A DNA stretch of 64,000 bases from an uncultured Candidatus Saccharibacteria bacterium (GCA_964372905.1 CAYJQY010000001.1:72848-136847), one strand, 5' to 3'; counted from the stretch's first letter, positions 45,729 to 55,633 are shown. Notes: generated by a model from the letters alone, not told the origin. Program-made: numbers and translations.

Positions 45729-46898
45729 TTAGCTATTTGCCACCACTCTGTTCCAAGTAGTTTTGACGATAGTGTCCAAATCGCTGTAGCGTGGCTCAAA
45801 CCCGAGCTCGCGCTTAATTTTGGAATTGTCGGCTACGGTGGCCGCCGCATCGCCGGGGCGGCGCGCGCCCATTTCAATGGGAATCATCCGGTTAGTTATT
45901 TCCGCAACCGCCCGAATCATTTCAGCCACGCTGCAGCCTTTGCCCGTACCAACATTATAAACATTATGGTTCTGCTCTATTCCCAGCTTCTCTAAAGCCA
46001 AAATATGAGCATCGGCAATATCTAAAACATGAATGTAATCGCGGATGCAGGTGCCGTCAAAAGTATTATAATCGTTGCCGAAAATGATGATCTTTTCGCG
46101 CGCGCCGCGGGCAACATCCATTACAATAGAAACTAAATGGGAATTAGTGTGCGTGTCGCCCAAGTCGCCCTCAAAAGAAGCGCCGCAGACATTAAAGTAG
46201 CGCAAGGTCGTGGTCTCGAAATCCAAGTACATGGCGTAATACTGTACCAGCATTTCAGCCAAAAGTTTGGAAAACCCATAGGGATTATTAGGCTGCGGCG
46301 GCGTGTTTTCCGGGATAGGGATATTGTCCTGCTCCCCATACACCGCCCCGGTAGAAGAAAAAATCAATTTTTTCACTCCGGCGGCGTTCATGGCCTGAAG
46401 CAGGACAGCGGTATTGATAAAATTATTTTGAAGATATTCGGCTGGTTTAGCCACGGATTCCTCAACCTCCAGGCTGGCGGCAAAATGCATGACAGCATCA
46501 ATTTTATTGTCAGAAAAAATTCGTTCCAGTAATTTCATATCCCCAACATCACCTTCATAAAAAACCGCCTGCTCCGGAACGAATTCACGGCGGCCCGTAG
46601 ACAAATTATCGACAATTACTACCTTATAGCCCTTATCAAGCAACTGCCGCACTGTGTGGGAGCCAATATAGCCCGCGCCGCCGGTGACTAAAATATGCTC
46701 CGGTTTCTTAGACGCCGCCCGGCTTTCCCCAGCTGGCTTCAGTTTGGATTGTCCGGCCTGCACAACCTGCTCCAGCAAATCGTTATATTTCTGAATGTTC
46801 AAAACCACGGCCTCGGACTTGCCGCCCATGCTCAAAATTATCCCCCCGCCGCGCAGATTAACTTCTTTGATTAACTCTTCCAAGTAACTGGAATCCAT
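45729..46898 (-). CDS. galE: UDP-glucose 4-epimerase with fused N-terminal Phd/YefM-like domain
   Basis: Residues ~70-389 are GalE (ILVTGGAGYIGSH, YxxxK, NVGTG). Residues 1-65 (SSYLEELIKEVNLRGGGIILSMGGKSEAVVLNIQKYNDLLEQ) resemble the Phd/YefM antitoxin fold. Read-through is continuous, with no internal start codon before ILVTGG. Confidence 0.8.
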   Translation of the reverse strand: MDSSYLEELIKEVNLRGGGIILSMGGKSEAVVLNIQKYNDLLEQVVQAGQSKLKPAGESRAASKKPEHILVTGGAGYIGSHTVRQLLDKGYKVVIVDNLSTGRREFVPEQAVFYEGDVGDMKLLERIFSDNKIDAVMHFAASLEVEESVAKPAEYLQNNFINTAVLLQAMNAAGVKKLIFSSTGAVYGEQDNIPIPENTPPQPNNPYGFSKLLAEMLVQYYAMYLDFETTTLRYFNVCGASFEGDLGDTHTNSHLVSIVMDVARGAREKIIIFGNDYNTFDGTCIRDYIHVLDIADAHILALEKLGIEQNHNVYNVGTGKGCSVAEMIRAVAEITNRMIPIEMGARRPGDAAATVADNSKIKRELGFEPRYSDLDTIVKTTWNRVVANS

Positions 46899-47170
46899 AA
46901 AAGATTATTAAACAAACGATAAATACAAATGATAAACAGCTTATAACCAATATATAAGCTGTGGTTTTGTTTGGATGTTCGATTTGTGAGCCGCAACCGG
47001 CCGGAAGAACTTTTGGTCAAATTCCCGGTCAATAGAAGCTAAGGACATCATACCATGCCCAAATGAAAAAGCAAGCCAGATATGCACAACCAAACACTAC
47101 ACTCCGCGCCATCGCGAGGACGGCGCGGAGTAGCCAAACTGGAATCACATTGCCCGGAATGTAAATTTAT

Positions 47171-50100
47171 TTACTTCCAGATAAAGTCGATAATCTGCTT
47201 ACCGCGACGGCGCATCAGGGCGAAACCGCCGGTCAGGAGTCCGGCAAAGCCTATAGCCGCCATGCCGCTGCCGGCGCCGGTCTTTGGCGCGATAAAGCGC
47301 GGCTGGCCGGGAATCGGAGGAATGGTAATAGTCACAGTATTGCCGTAGGTGTTGGTCATCACAAAGGTCTGCTGGGCGGACAGGAAGAATTTGACCCGGG
47401 CGCGGAAGCTCTTGGAAATTGAACCGCCAGCCGGAATATCGACACTGGAGAAAGTAATCGTATTCCCGCTCAAGCTTCCGCCGCCCCTGTCAACCATGTC
47501 AGCGAAAGGCAGGACGCCGGATAGATCATCGGTAATGGTAAAATTATTGGCCCGGGCATTGCCTGTGTTAGTCACGGTCAAAGTGTAGGTGATGAAATCC
47601 TCGCGGGCAGCCAGAGTAGTGGTCGCGTCAACATTCTTGGTATCATTATGCGCGCGTTTGCTGAAAATTAAGTTAGGGTTGCCCGTAGTGGTGGTGGTGG
47701 TATCGTTGTCAACAAAGACGAAAGCATCATCTTCGATCCGGCTCACGCCGTCGCCGGTGGCGCGGGCAATGTTCTGGATCGTCCTGGAAGAAGTCGAATT
47801 GACCCTGGCTTCAAACCTGATTCGACGCGACTCGCCGCTTCTAAGATCACCAAGATCCAGATCAATCCTGTTGCCGCTGGAGTTGTCATCATCCAAATCA
47901 TCAGCGTCGATGCTGTCGGTATCCACGTCTAAGCTGCTGGGCACCGAATCGGTCACCCGGACGTTATCTACCGTCTCGCTTCCGGTATTTCTCACCCTGA
48001 TTTCAAACTGGACCTCGTCATCGTTATCGGCATTAACGCTATTGCGCAGCGAAGTGCTCTGGGTTATGTTGCGGACCTGTTTTTCGATAGACAGTTCGCC
48101 GAAGCCGTCACCTATAAAGCGGTTGATAAATACGGTCGCGGAATCGCTTAACGAACCGACGCCGCTGCCGAATACTGTTGCGGTGTTGATAATGACAGTC
48201 TGGCTCTGGCCCGAAGCACCAAAAGCGCGGGCTTGGAAAGTCAAGACGCGGCTCTGGCCCGAAGTCATAGTGCCGACACTGATGAAATTGTTAATGAAGC
48301 TGTCTGAAATTGTTTGGCCATCGAGGCGTCCCGATCCGCTTACTAGCGTAAGGTGGCTCGGCAGGTTTTCCGACAACTGCACATTATTAACGGTACCGTT
48401 GTTGGCCGTCACCACAACCCGATATTCCACGCGCTCGCCGTCCTCGGCTGTGGTCTGTTTGGCAAAGCTCGTGCCGCGGGTCTGGTTGCGAACGTGTTTG
48501 GTGATGTTCAGATTGCCAGCATTCTGGTTGATGCTAACTCCGCAAATATCGCTGGTGCCGCTGCTCGTTACGGTAACGTTGCGCTGACCAGAGGTAGAAT
48601 ACGAAGTATTGAAAGTCGAACCGGAACCGGATGAAGGGTTGCCGCTCGGAGCAGACCAGGAGAAAACGCCGTTGCCGCCCGAGGCGGAGAAGAACATGGT
48701 TTGATTAACATCGCCCGACTGGAAACTAGGCGTGCATTCTACCGCATTGACGATTTGATTAACTTGAACTCCACAGGTATCGCTGGTGCCGCTGCTTGAT
48801 ACGGTCACGGTTTTTGATCCGGAAGTGGAATAGGAAGTGCTGAATTGGGAGCTTGATCCCGAAGAAGGGTTGCCGCTCGGAGCAGACCAAGAGAAAACGC
48901 CGTTGCCGCCCGAGGCAAAAAAGTTAGCCGTTTGTCCCACATTCACGCTCTGGAAGCTTGGCGAGCAGTCTACTGGGTTAACAACAATTTGATTGACCTG
49001 CACCGCGCAGGTATCGTTGGTACCATTACTCGTAACAGTTACAATCTTCTGTCCCGAGGTCGAATACTTAGTCTGGAAACTAGAGCTGGATCCGCTGGAG
49101 GGGATGCCTCCGGGAGCAGACCAGGAGAAAACGCCGTTGCCGCCCGAGGCGGAAAAGAATACCGTTTCATTGATATCCGCGCTCTGGAAGCTTGGCGAGC
49201 AGTCTACCGGATTCGGCTGAGGAATCTGATTCTGTTGATTCTTAAAGACCACTGTAGCACACTGCGGGCCGCTGAAAACTTCCACCACGCCGCCTGCCGG
49301 GGTCACCAACAATTGCTGCCAGCCGGACGGAACTGATTCAGTTACCGCGTGCGTGCCCGCGGAAACATTATTGAAGCGGGCATGACCGCCCGAATCATTC
49401 ACTGCGGTTGCGCCGCCGTCCAAGCGGAAAATGAATTGCGCCACCGGGGTAATTGGCTGGCCTTGGGTATTAAAGGTTTCTTTGATTACGTCGATACAGC
49501 CCACCACTTGGGGCGGTTGGTTGACGTTCACAGCACAGGTATCGCTCAACCCGCCGCTGCTTACGGTCACGGTTTTTTGACCCGGGCTATTGTAAGAGGC
49601 TGAAAAGTTGGAGCCTGAACCAGACGAGGGGTTGCCGCCCGGAGCTGACCAGGAAAAGACACCATTACCGCCCGAGGCCGTAAACAAAGCCGGCACGTTC
49701 ATGTCAACAGTCTGATTATGGGGGGCGCAAATAACCTGCTGAATCGGCGGACTCTTCACGCGCATCTTGAATTTCACAAAACCGCTGAATTCAAAGCAGG
49801 CCCGCAGGTCCCCCAGAGAAAATTCCCCGTTGGAGTCTATGCTAAAACCGCTCTGCACCAGGTTGCCTCGGAAGTCAAAGCGCTGGCCGCTGCCAGGAAT
49901 GATTTCTAAACTCTCGTTGGCATTGGTATGGATAAAAATTGAGTCGCGGATCGTGGCGGCATTATCGGCGCGCAGAGCAATTTTAACCCGGTGCTCTGCG
50001 GCAGCGGCCGTATCAATATTCGTTCCAACTGCAACATTAAACGCTGTAGTAACATTGGGATCGCCATTTACAATAGCCCCGTTATGGAAATACACCAACA

Positions 50101-50416
50101 CGTCAACAACATCGCCGGCATGGGCCGTAACACCTGCCGCTTGCTCGGCATCGTTCCTGGGGTATTGGCCGTTTTCAAGCTTAGCCCGGACCAAAGGAAA
50201 ATCCACACAGGCCAAACCTGGATCGCCGTAAACAATGGGAAACGGATTGAATACCGGGGTTTGAAATTCCTGACAGTCTTCGGCCAAGGCGTTATCTGAA
50301 CGCTGCGGCGCAAAAGCAAAAATGGCGCCGACAGCCAATAAAATCAGCCCCACTTTCCAATTAAAGCGAGGAAAAATCGAACGGAATTTTGACCAAAATG
50401 CTCGCTGGGTGGACAT
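47171..50416 (-). CDS. giant repeat-containing cell-surface protein with C-terminal sortase-type sorting signal
   Basis: N-terminal signal/TM. About five ~75-aa repeats (..CSPSFQS..FFSASGGNGVFSWSAPGGNPSSGS..TVTVTSSGT.DTC.VQVNQ). About three DUF11-like 'conserved repeat' domains. C-terminus IAPKTG followed by a hydrophobic segment and RRRGK. Confidence 0.8.
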   Translation of the reverse strand: MSTQRAFWSKFRSIFPRFNWKVGLILLAVGAIFAFAPQRSDNALAEDCQEFQTPVFNPFPIVYGDPGLACVDFPLVRAKLENGQYPRNDAEQAAGVTAHAGDVVDVLVYFHNGAIVNGDPNVTTAFNVAVGTNIDTAAAAEHRVKIALRADNAATIRDSIFIHTNANESLEIIPGSGQRFDFRGNLVQSGFSIDSNGEFSLGDLRACFEFSGFVKFKMRVKSPPIQQVICAPHNQTVDMNVPALFTASGGNGVFSWSAPGGNPSSGSGSNFSASYNSPGQKTVTVSSGGLSDTCAVNVNQPPQVVGCIDVIKETFNTQGQPITPVAQFIFRLDGGATAVNDSGGHARFNNVSAGTHAVTESVPSGWQQLLVTPAGGVVEVFSGPQCATVVFKNQQNQIPQPNPVDCSPSFQSADINETVFFSASGGNGVFSWSAPGGIPSSGSSSSFQTKYSTSGQKIVTVTSNGTNDTCAVQVNQIVVNPVDCSPSFQSVNVGQTANFFASGGNGVFSWSAPSGNPSSGSSSQFSTSYSTSGSKTVTVSSSGTSDTCGVQVNQIVNAVECTPSFQSGDVNQTMFFSASGGNGVFSWSAPSGNPSSGSGSTFNTSYSTSGQRNVTVTSSGTSDICGVSINQNAGNLNITKHVRNQTRGTSFAKQTTAEDGERVEYRVVVTANNGTVNNVQLSENLPSHLTLVSGSGRLDGQTISDSFINNFISVGTMTSGQSRVLTFQARAFGASGQSQTVIINTATVFGSGVGSLSDSATVFINRFIGDGFGELSIEKQVRNITQSTSLRNSVNADNDDEVQFEIRVRNTGSETVDNVRVTDSVPSSLDVDTDSIDADDLDDDNSSGNRIDLDLGDLRSGESRRIRFEARVNSTSSRTIQNIARATGDGVSRIEDDAFVFVDNDTTTTTTGNPNLIFSKRAHNDTKNVDATTTLAAREDFITYTLTVTNTGNARANNFTITDDLSGVLPFADMVDRGGGSLSGNTITFSSVDIPAGGSISKSFRARVKFFLSAQQTFVMTNTYGNTVTITIPPIPGQPRFIAPKTGAGSGMAAIGFAGLLTGGFALMRRRGKQIIDFIWK

Positions 50417-50800
50417 AATATTTATAAAAGCTTAAAAAATACTTATAATTAAATGACTTGCTGGCCTGTAAAACTTGGCTCAAATATGCTGAAATATGAG
50501 GATTTAAGGAAATAACTTATAATTATAATCTTTTTCGATGATTTTGTCAAGGCGCTTGCGGAAAATGCCCGCGATGTATCTCATCTTTTACAGCGCTGGC
50601 CCAGAACAAACCAGAACAAATATAGCTTCCAATTGTAGCTCTTTCTTAACAAATTGTAAAATAGCCGGATACATAACTGGGTGCATCAAACCCGCCCTGC
50701 GCTTATAAACCATGATCACGCCGATGAGCCACTCCCGCGCGGCCGGATGTTTGATGCCAAGGGTTCAGTACTCACAAATAATAAGACTGTATATTACATT

Positions 50801-51136
50801 TTAGAAAATCCGGCTAAGCAGAAATCCTACTAGATAGACAATAAGATTTACGCACGGCCACAGAGTCGCCCACACAGCCTTGTCATACTCGAATTCCTTG
50901 TTGAGCGTCCTGGGGACGAAAATGGACAATATTAGAATCACCGGCAAAGTCAGTGCGGCCAAACCCATAAAATAGTAACCGCGCTCGGCAAAAGCTCCGG
51001 GCTGGCTGAACAGCCGGATAATCGAAAGAGCCAAGGCAATTGAAGGTAATAACAACACCACATACAAGATTGTGGTATACCGCACAAACTTTTTAGCGAA
51101 TTCCTTCTTAGCGGACTGTTTCGTTTCGTTTGTCAT
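50801..51136 (-). CDS. hypothetical 3-TM membrane protein (last gene of the lexA transcription unit)
   Basis: 111-aa ORF with three hydrophobic helices. Confidence 0.45.
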   Translation of the reverse strand: MTNETKQSAKKEFAKKFVRYTTILYVVLLLPSIALALSIIRLFSQPGAFAERGYYFMGLAALTLPVILILSIFVPRTLNKEFEYDKAVWATLWPCVNLIVYLVGFLLSRIF

Positions 51137-51284
51137 ATCACTTAAAATTATAGCACTAAATGGCGGGTGGCCCCCAATAATTGTTACAGCTATTGAAAAT
51201 AACCAGCATCGATCTTAACTGATCGAAGTGGAGTTCCCCTCGCAGCCATCCTATGAAAATAGCCACAGCTCTTTTTTTACGCTA

Positions 51285-51464
51285 TTACCTCCACAAAACA
51301 CCCTTAAATTCGTTATTGACCATCAGTGGTACCCCGTTGATGGCTGCAATCTTAACCGTAATATCCTGAAGCGGACAAGAATGCTCCCGTTCGTTAGTGC
51401 AATGGGCGCAAAGGCGACGCAATTTATCCACTATTTGATTTTTGTTTAATTCCAATTCGGACAT
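51285..51464 (-). CDS. small Cys/His zinc-finger-like protein (59 aa, below the ORF-track threshold)
   Basis: Reverse-strand ATG at 51462-51464: MSELELNKNQIVDKLRRLCAHCTNEREHSCPL... Lies 13 nt downstream of the lexA stop. Confidence 0.35.
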   Translation of the reverse strand: MSELELNKNQIVDKLRRLCAHCTNEREHSCPLQDITVKIAAINGVPLMVNNEFKGVLWR

Positions 51465-51477
51465 AAAATTTTCAACT

Positions 51478-52089
51478 TCATTCTAAATTTCTGATAACGC
51501 CCACGACCTTGCCCTGAATGGACCATTCTTCTTTGGGATAGATGTTGGGATAGTCAGGGTTTTCGGCTTTTAAGTAGGCGCGCGTCTTAACGTAAATTAA
51601 CCGCTTCACCGTGGCCTCGTCATGCAGCAGCGCCACAACAATATCTTTATTCTTGGCCTCGCGCGTCGGCCGCACAATGACCAGGTCCCCATCAAAAATC
51701 CCGGCCTGGATCATACTGTCGCCGCGCACTTTAAGCAGAAACACGTCGCGCCTGCCCCGCACCAGCGTCTGCGGCAAATTGATCCACTCTTCAATCTGCT
51801 CCTCGGCCCAGTGCGGACTGCCCGCCTGAATGGCCCCCAAGATCGGCACACGAATCAAACCTTTTTCCAAACTTTCGTTCAAACTGTTCAACACGGTGAT
51901 GCCTCGCGCCTTACCATTGGTCTCAATAAAACCCTGCGCTTCCAAGGCATCAAGCAACTTAGCGATGGCATTCTTGGACTTAACGCCAAGCTGCCGCGCC
52001 ATTTCCGACAACGAAGGCGGCAGATTATGCTCGCGCACCTGCTGGACAATAAATTTAAGCAGCTGTTTTTGTCGATCGGTTAAACTCAT
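51478..52089 (-). CDS. lexA: LexA repressor (SOS regulon, S24 peptidase)
   Basis: N-terminal winged HTH. Cleavage and catalytic region (VRGDSMIQAGIFDGDLVIV, K in the C-terminal domain). 203 aa. Confidence 0.9.
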   Translation of the reverse strand: MSLTDRQKQLLKFIVQQVREHNLPPSLSEMARQLGVKSKNAIAKLLDALEAQGFIETNGKARGITVLNSLNESLEKGLIRVPILGAIQAGSPHWAEEQIEEWINLPQTLVRGRRDVFLLKVRGDSMIQAGIFDGDLVIVRPTREAKNKDIVVALLHDEATVKRLIYVKTRAYLKAENPDYPNIYPKEEWSIQGKVVGVIRNLE

Positions 52090-52195
52090 AACTCTAGCGT
52101 ATACGATCGTTCACCCTATGTCAATGCCAATAAAAACAACCCTTTAAGTCCGTACCAAAAAGTTATCCACACTTAACTTACTATATTCAAGTAAC

Positions 52196-52432
52196 TTACT
52201 GTCGAGCGAAAAGAAACTTAATTAACGTCAGAACCCCTTCCCAGATGCTCTTTAAAATCGGCACCGACCCAGGCAACAACACGACAAGCAGAATCAAATA
52301 GATGAAGTTTCGTTTAACCACCTGGACTACTGAATAGATAATAAACACTGCCAGCGCGATAGAAACAATCGGCTGTAAGCCCACGGGGAACAAATTTATA
52401 AATTGAAAATAAAGGTTTTGAATGTCGGCCAT
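52196..52432 (-). CDS. hypothetical small 2-TM membrane protein
   Basis: 78-aa ORF between the HTH regulator gene and lexA. Confidence 0.35.
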   Translation of the reverse strand: MADIQNLYFQFINLFPVGLQPIVSIALAVFIIYSVVQVVKRNFIYLILLVVLLPGSVPILKSIWEGVLTLIKFLFARQ

Positions 52433-52453
52433 AAAAATAAGATTAGATAAAAA

Positions 52454-53089
52454 TTAAAAATGTATGACGTTAAATCTCTCTTGTCCTATCCCCTGCCACT
52501 TCAACCGGCGAGATTTTTTTCGCTTGAGAGTCAGCCGGTCAATTACGGTTAAATAGGGATAATCAAAAATATCTTTGATGAACCGGTCAAACGTGTCGCG
52601 CCGCGCGCGAAACTCCGCTTCTGTCATGATACTATAATTGATTTCATTACCCATAAGCTTTTGCGTTTGATCCAAAAATTGCTGCAAGCGGTTGAGATTA
52701 ACTCTGCCCACCAGTAAAATATCAACGGGCAACTCCGGATAGCCGATAAAGATCCCGCTCAAAAATGCCGCCCTAATATCGCCCAAGCGCCGGATAGCGG
52801 CAAACAATTCATCGTCATATTTTCTTTGATGTTTCACCAGTGAAGGCTTGAGGTCAGTCAGCAGCTTATGGCGCGCAGAGACTAAATAGTACTTTTGCCC
52901 GCGCTTACTGAAACTCTTAATCATGCCATGCCGCGCCAGCTGGTTAAGCTCCCGCGCTAGCGGCCCCACGCCCAGGCCCAACCGCTTGGCCAATTCGCGC
53001 ACGGTAAAACTGCGCGGCGGCGCCAACAACAAAAAACCGATAATAAGAGTTTTGTTTTTTGAACCCATCAAACCTTTCAAGGTTTCCAT
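52454..53089 (-). CDS. winged-helix (ArsR/MarR-like HTH) domain protein with C-terminal uncharacterised domain
   Basis: FTVRELAKRLGLGVGPLARELNQLARHGMI HTH. ATG at 53087-53089 (METLKG) chosen over the longer upstream hydrophobic extension. Confidence 0.5.
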   Translation of the reverse strand: METLKGLMGSKNKTLIIGFLLLAPPRSFTVRELAKRLGLGVGPLARELNQLARHGMIKSFSKRGQKYYLVSARHKLLTDLKPSLVKHQRKYDDELFAAIRRLGDIRAAFLSGIFIGYPELPVDILLVGRVNLNRLQQFLDQTQKLMGNEINYSIMTEAEFRARRDTFDRFIKDIFDYPYLTVIDRLTLKRKKSRRLKWQGIGQERFNVIHF

Positions 53090-53165
53090 GTAGTTTATTA
53101 TACTATACTTTTGGGAGCCGGACGGGTTTTCCGGCTCCCCAAAATGTTGTATAATATAAAAGCAT

Positions 53166-55163
53166 ATGGAAAACTTGGAAACCCAGGTAGCCAAAATCGA
53201 GATCGGCAACAACAAACAGACCAGCACCTACGTTTTCGTCCTGGCTGAAACCGATCCAGACACCCTGTCAGAACTGTTTATTATCGTCGAATTGCCCTTG
53301 TTTAACCCGGCTGCCGCTCCGGATTGCGAAAGATTGGCCCAAATTATTGCCGCGGCCCTGCGGCGATCCTATCGCAAGCACATCAGCGAGAATACGTTCG
53401 AAAACTCCCTGACCCAGATCAACGAAGAGCTGGCCAATTTAGCCGAGCTTGGCAAGACCCACTGGGTCGGCAAGCTCAACGCCTTAGTCAGCGCCAAGAC
53501 CGACGACAATCTCCATATCAGCACCACGGGAAAAATTCACGCGCTCCTGCTGCGCGGCGGCGAATTCATTTCGGTCGCCGACAGTCCGCTCGTCCATCAT
53601 CCCCTAAAAACTTTTGAAAACTTTGCCCTGGGCAAACTTAAGCTCGGCGACACGCTAATTTTTTCCACCAGCCAGCTGTTTAACCACCTGTCCGTTGACC
53701 GGCTCAAAAATATCCTCCGGGATTCTTCCCTGCCCGCCGCCGCCCAGCAAGTTATTGAGATTCTTCAGGACAATGCCGGGCCGGAAATTGCTTTTGGCGC
53801 CCTTATGAGCACCCAGGTCGAACCTGGCTCGATTCCCGAATTCGAAGAAGAAATCGATTTGGAGGAATACATGGCAGCTTCTGGCGGCTGGCAACAATGG
53901 CCCAAACGCGCCTGGTCAAGCATAGCCAACCTGCTTCGTCGGGGCGCAGGCGCCGCTATGGATCTCATAAAAAACCGCAAGCGCGCGGAGGTCATACAGC
54001 TCATCAATAAAAATCGGCAGAACCTGGCCGCGGCCGCGGAAAACGCGCGGCGCAATTTAAGTCCGCAAAAATTTGCCCAGTTTTCCCGCACCAAAAAATT
54101 CTTCCTTATCTCGGCGCTTGTCCTGCTGGTAGCGCTCATCGCCAACATCGCCATCGGCGCGCACTATAAAAGCGTTCGGGCCAAAGCCGAACAAATCAAA
54201 AACACCTTCGCCGCTATCGGCAACAACCTGAATAATGTCAATGCCTCTTATCTTTATGGCGATGAGGCCAATGCCACCGCCGCGCTCAAAAATATCCAAG
54301 ACCAGATCAACACTCTCAATGACCTCAATCCGACCCAGCAGCAGGAGCTGGATAATATCAATAAACAAGTCGCCGAACTGCGCGACAAAATCGAACGTAA
54401 GGAAAGCCTTGAGCCCACGGCCGTAGCCACTTTGAGCAGCGCCGACTCCCTCATCAAACTGCCCAATTATTTTGCCACCCAAACCGGCGAAGCCATTATC
54501 AGCTATAATCGCGGCAACGGCAACATTCAGGATAACATCTTAAAATCCAGCGAAACTATTGTCCGCAGCGTCCCGGTCAAACCCGGCCTGGCCGTAATTT
54601 ACAACGGCACCAGCTTGATGGCTTGGAACTCGGACACCGGCTCGCTCGGCTCGCCCTTTGTTCAAAACGTGCCCACGGCCGAACGCGCTACCGGTCTGGC
54701 TTACTACCCCATTAACCGGCGCGTCTATATTGTCGATAAATCCGCGGGCGACGTCTTAAGCTTCATTGTCGGCGATACTAATTTGAGCAAGCCTGTGGTT
54801 TCCATCGACACTATTGATGATGCGCGGCGCGCCGTTGACCTGGCCGTGGACGGCGCGATTTATTTGCTCACCGACAGCGGGCGCATAGGCAAATACGTGT
54901 CCGGCAGTCCGGTGGAGTTTAATCAGCCGGGTTTGTTTGTGCCCATATCCGGCCGCGGCCGCATCTATTCCCAAAGCGATTTCAAATACTTGTATGTTTT
55001 AGACCCTGAAAATCGCCGCATGCTGATATTAGATAAAAAAGGCGGCGTGGTAAAACAGTTAGTGAGCGGCCAGTTTAATAATCTGAAGGATTTCGCCATC
55101 GACGAGAAAAACCGCATTATTTTCGTGCTCAACGACAACAGCTTGCTGAAAATCAATTTCTAG
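53166..55163 (+). CDS. hypothetical bitopic protein: cytoplasmic N-domain, single TM helix, C-terminal beta-propeller-like repeat domain
   Basis: 665 aa. TM helix FFLISALVLLVALIANIAIG near residue 320. C-terminal repeats with hydrophobic-x-D/N patterns (YIVDKSAGDVL, YLLTDSGRIGKY, YVLDPENRRMLILD, IFVLNDNSLLKINF). Confidence 0.55.
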   Translation: MENLETQVAKIEIGNNKQTSTYVFVLAETDPDTLSELFIIVELPLFNPAAAPDCERLAQIIAAALRRSYRKHISENTFENSLTQINEELANLAELGKTHWVGKLNALVSAKTDDNLHISTTGKIHALLLRGGEFISVADSPLVHHPLKTFENFALGKLKLGDTLIFSTSQLFNHLSVDRLKNILRDSSLPAAAQQVIEILQDNAGPEIAFGALMSTQVEPGSIPEFEEEIDLEEYMAASGGWQQWPKRAWSSIANLLRRGAGAAMDLIKNRKRAEVIQLINKNRQNLAAAAENARRNLSPQKFAQFSRTKKFFLISALVLLVALIANIAIGAHYKSVRAKAEQIKNTFAAIGNNLNNVNASYLYGDEANATAALKNIQDQINTLNDLNPTQQQELDNINKQVAELRDKIERKESLEPTAVATLSSADSLIKLPNYFATQTGEAIISYNRGNGNIQDNILKSSETIVRSVPVKPGLAVIYNGTSLMAWNSDTGSLGSPFVQNVPTAERATGLAYYPINRRVYIVDKSAGDVLSFIVGDTNLSKPVVSIDTIDDARRAVDLAVDGAIYLLTDSGRIGKYVSGSPVEFNQPGLFVPISGRGRIYSQSDFKYLYVLDPENRRMLILDKKGGVVKQLVSGQFNNLKDFAIDEKNRIIFVLNDNSLLKINF

Positions 55164-55185
55164 ATTCTAAATTTGCGGCGAATTT

Positions 55186-55216
55186 AAAGAGCCTCGGAAT
55201 ATCGAGGCTCTTTTAT
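55186..55216. terminator. bidirectional intrinsic terminator between the 53166-55163 gene (+) and rplL (-)
   Basis: agagcctcg-gaatat-cgaggctct hairpin followed by ttttatt. Confidence 0.6.
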
Positions 55217-55222
55217 TCACAC

Positions 55223-55633
<411 letters not shown>

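Noticed and set aside
47589-48587. 332-aa + strand ORF inside the giant surface-protein gene
   Set aside because: Antisense to the repeat-rich 47171-50416 gene. Its Ser/Leu/Val-rich low complexity mirrors the repeats on the other strand.
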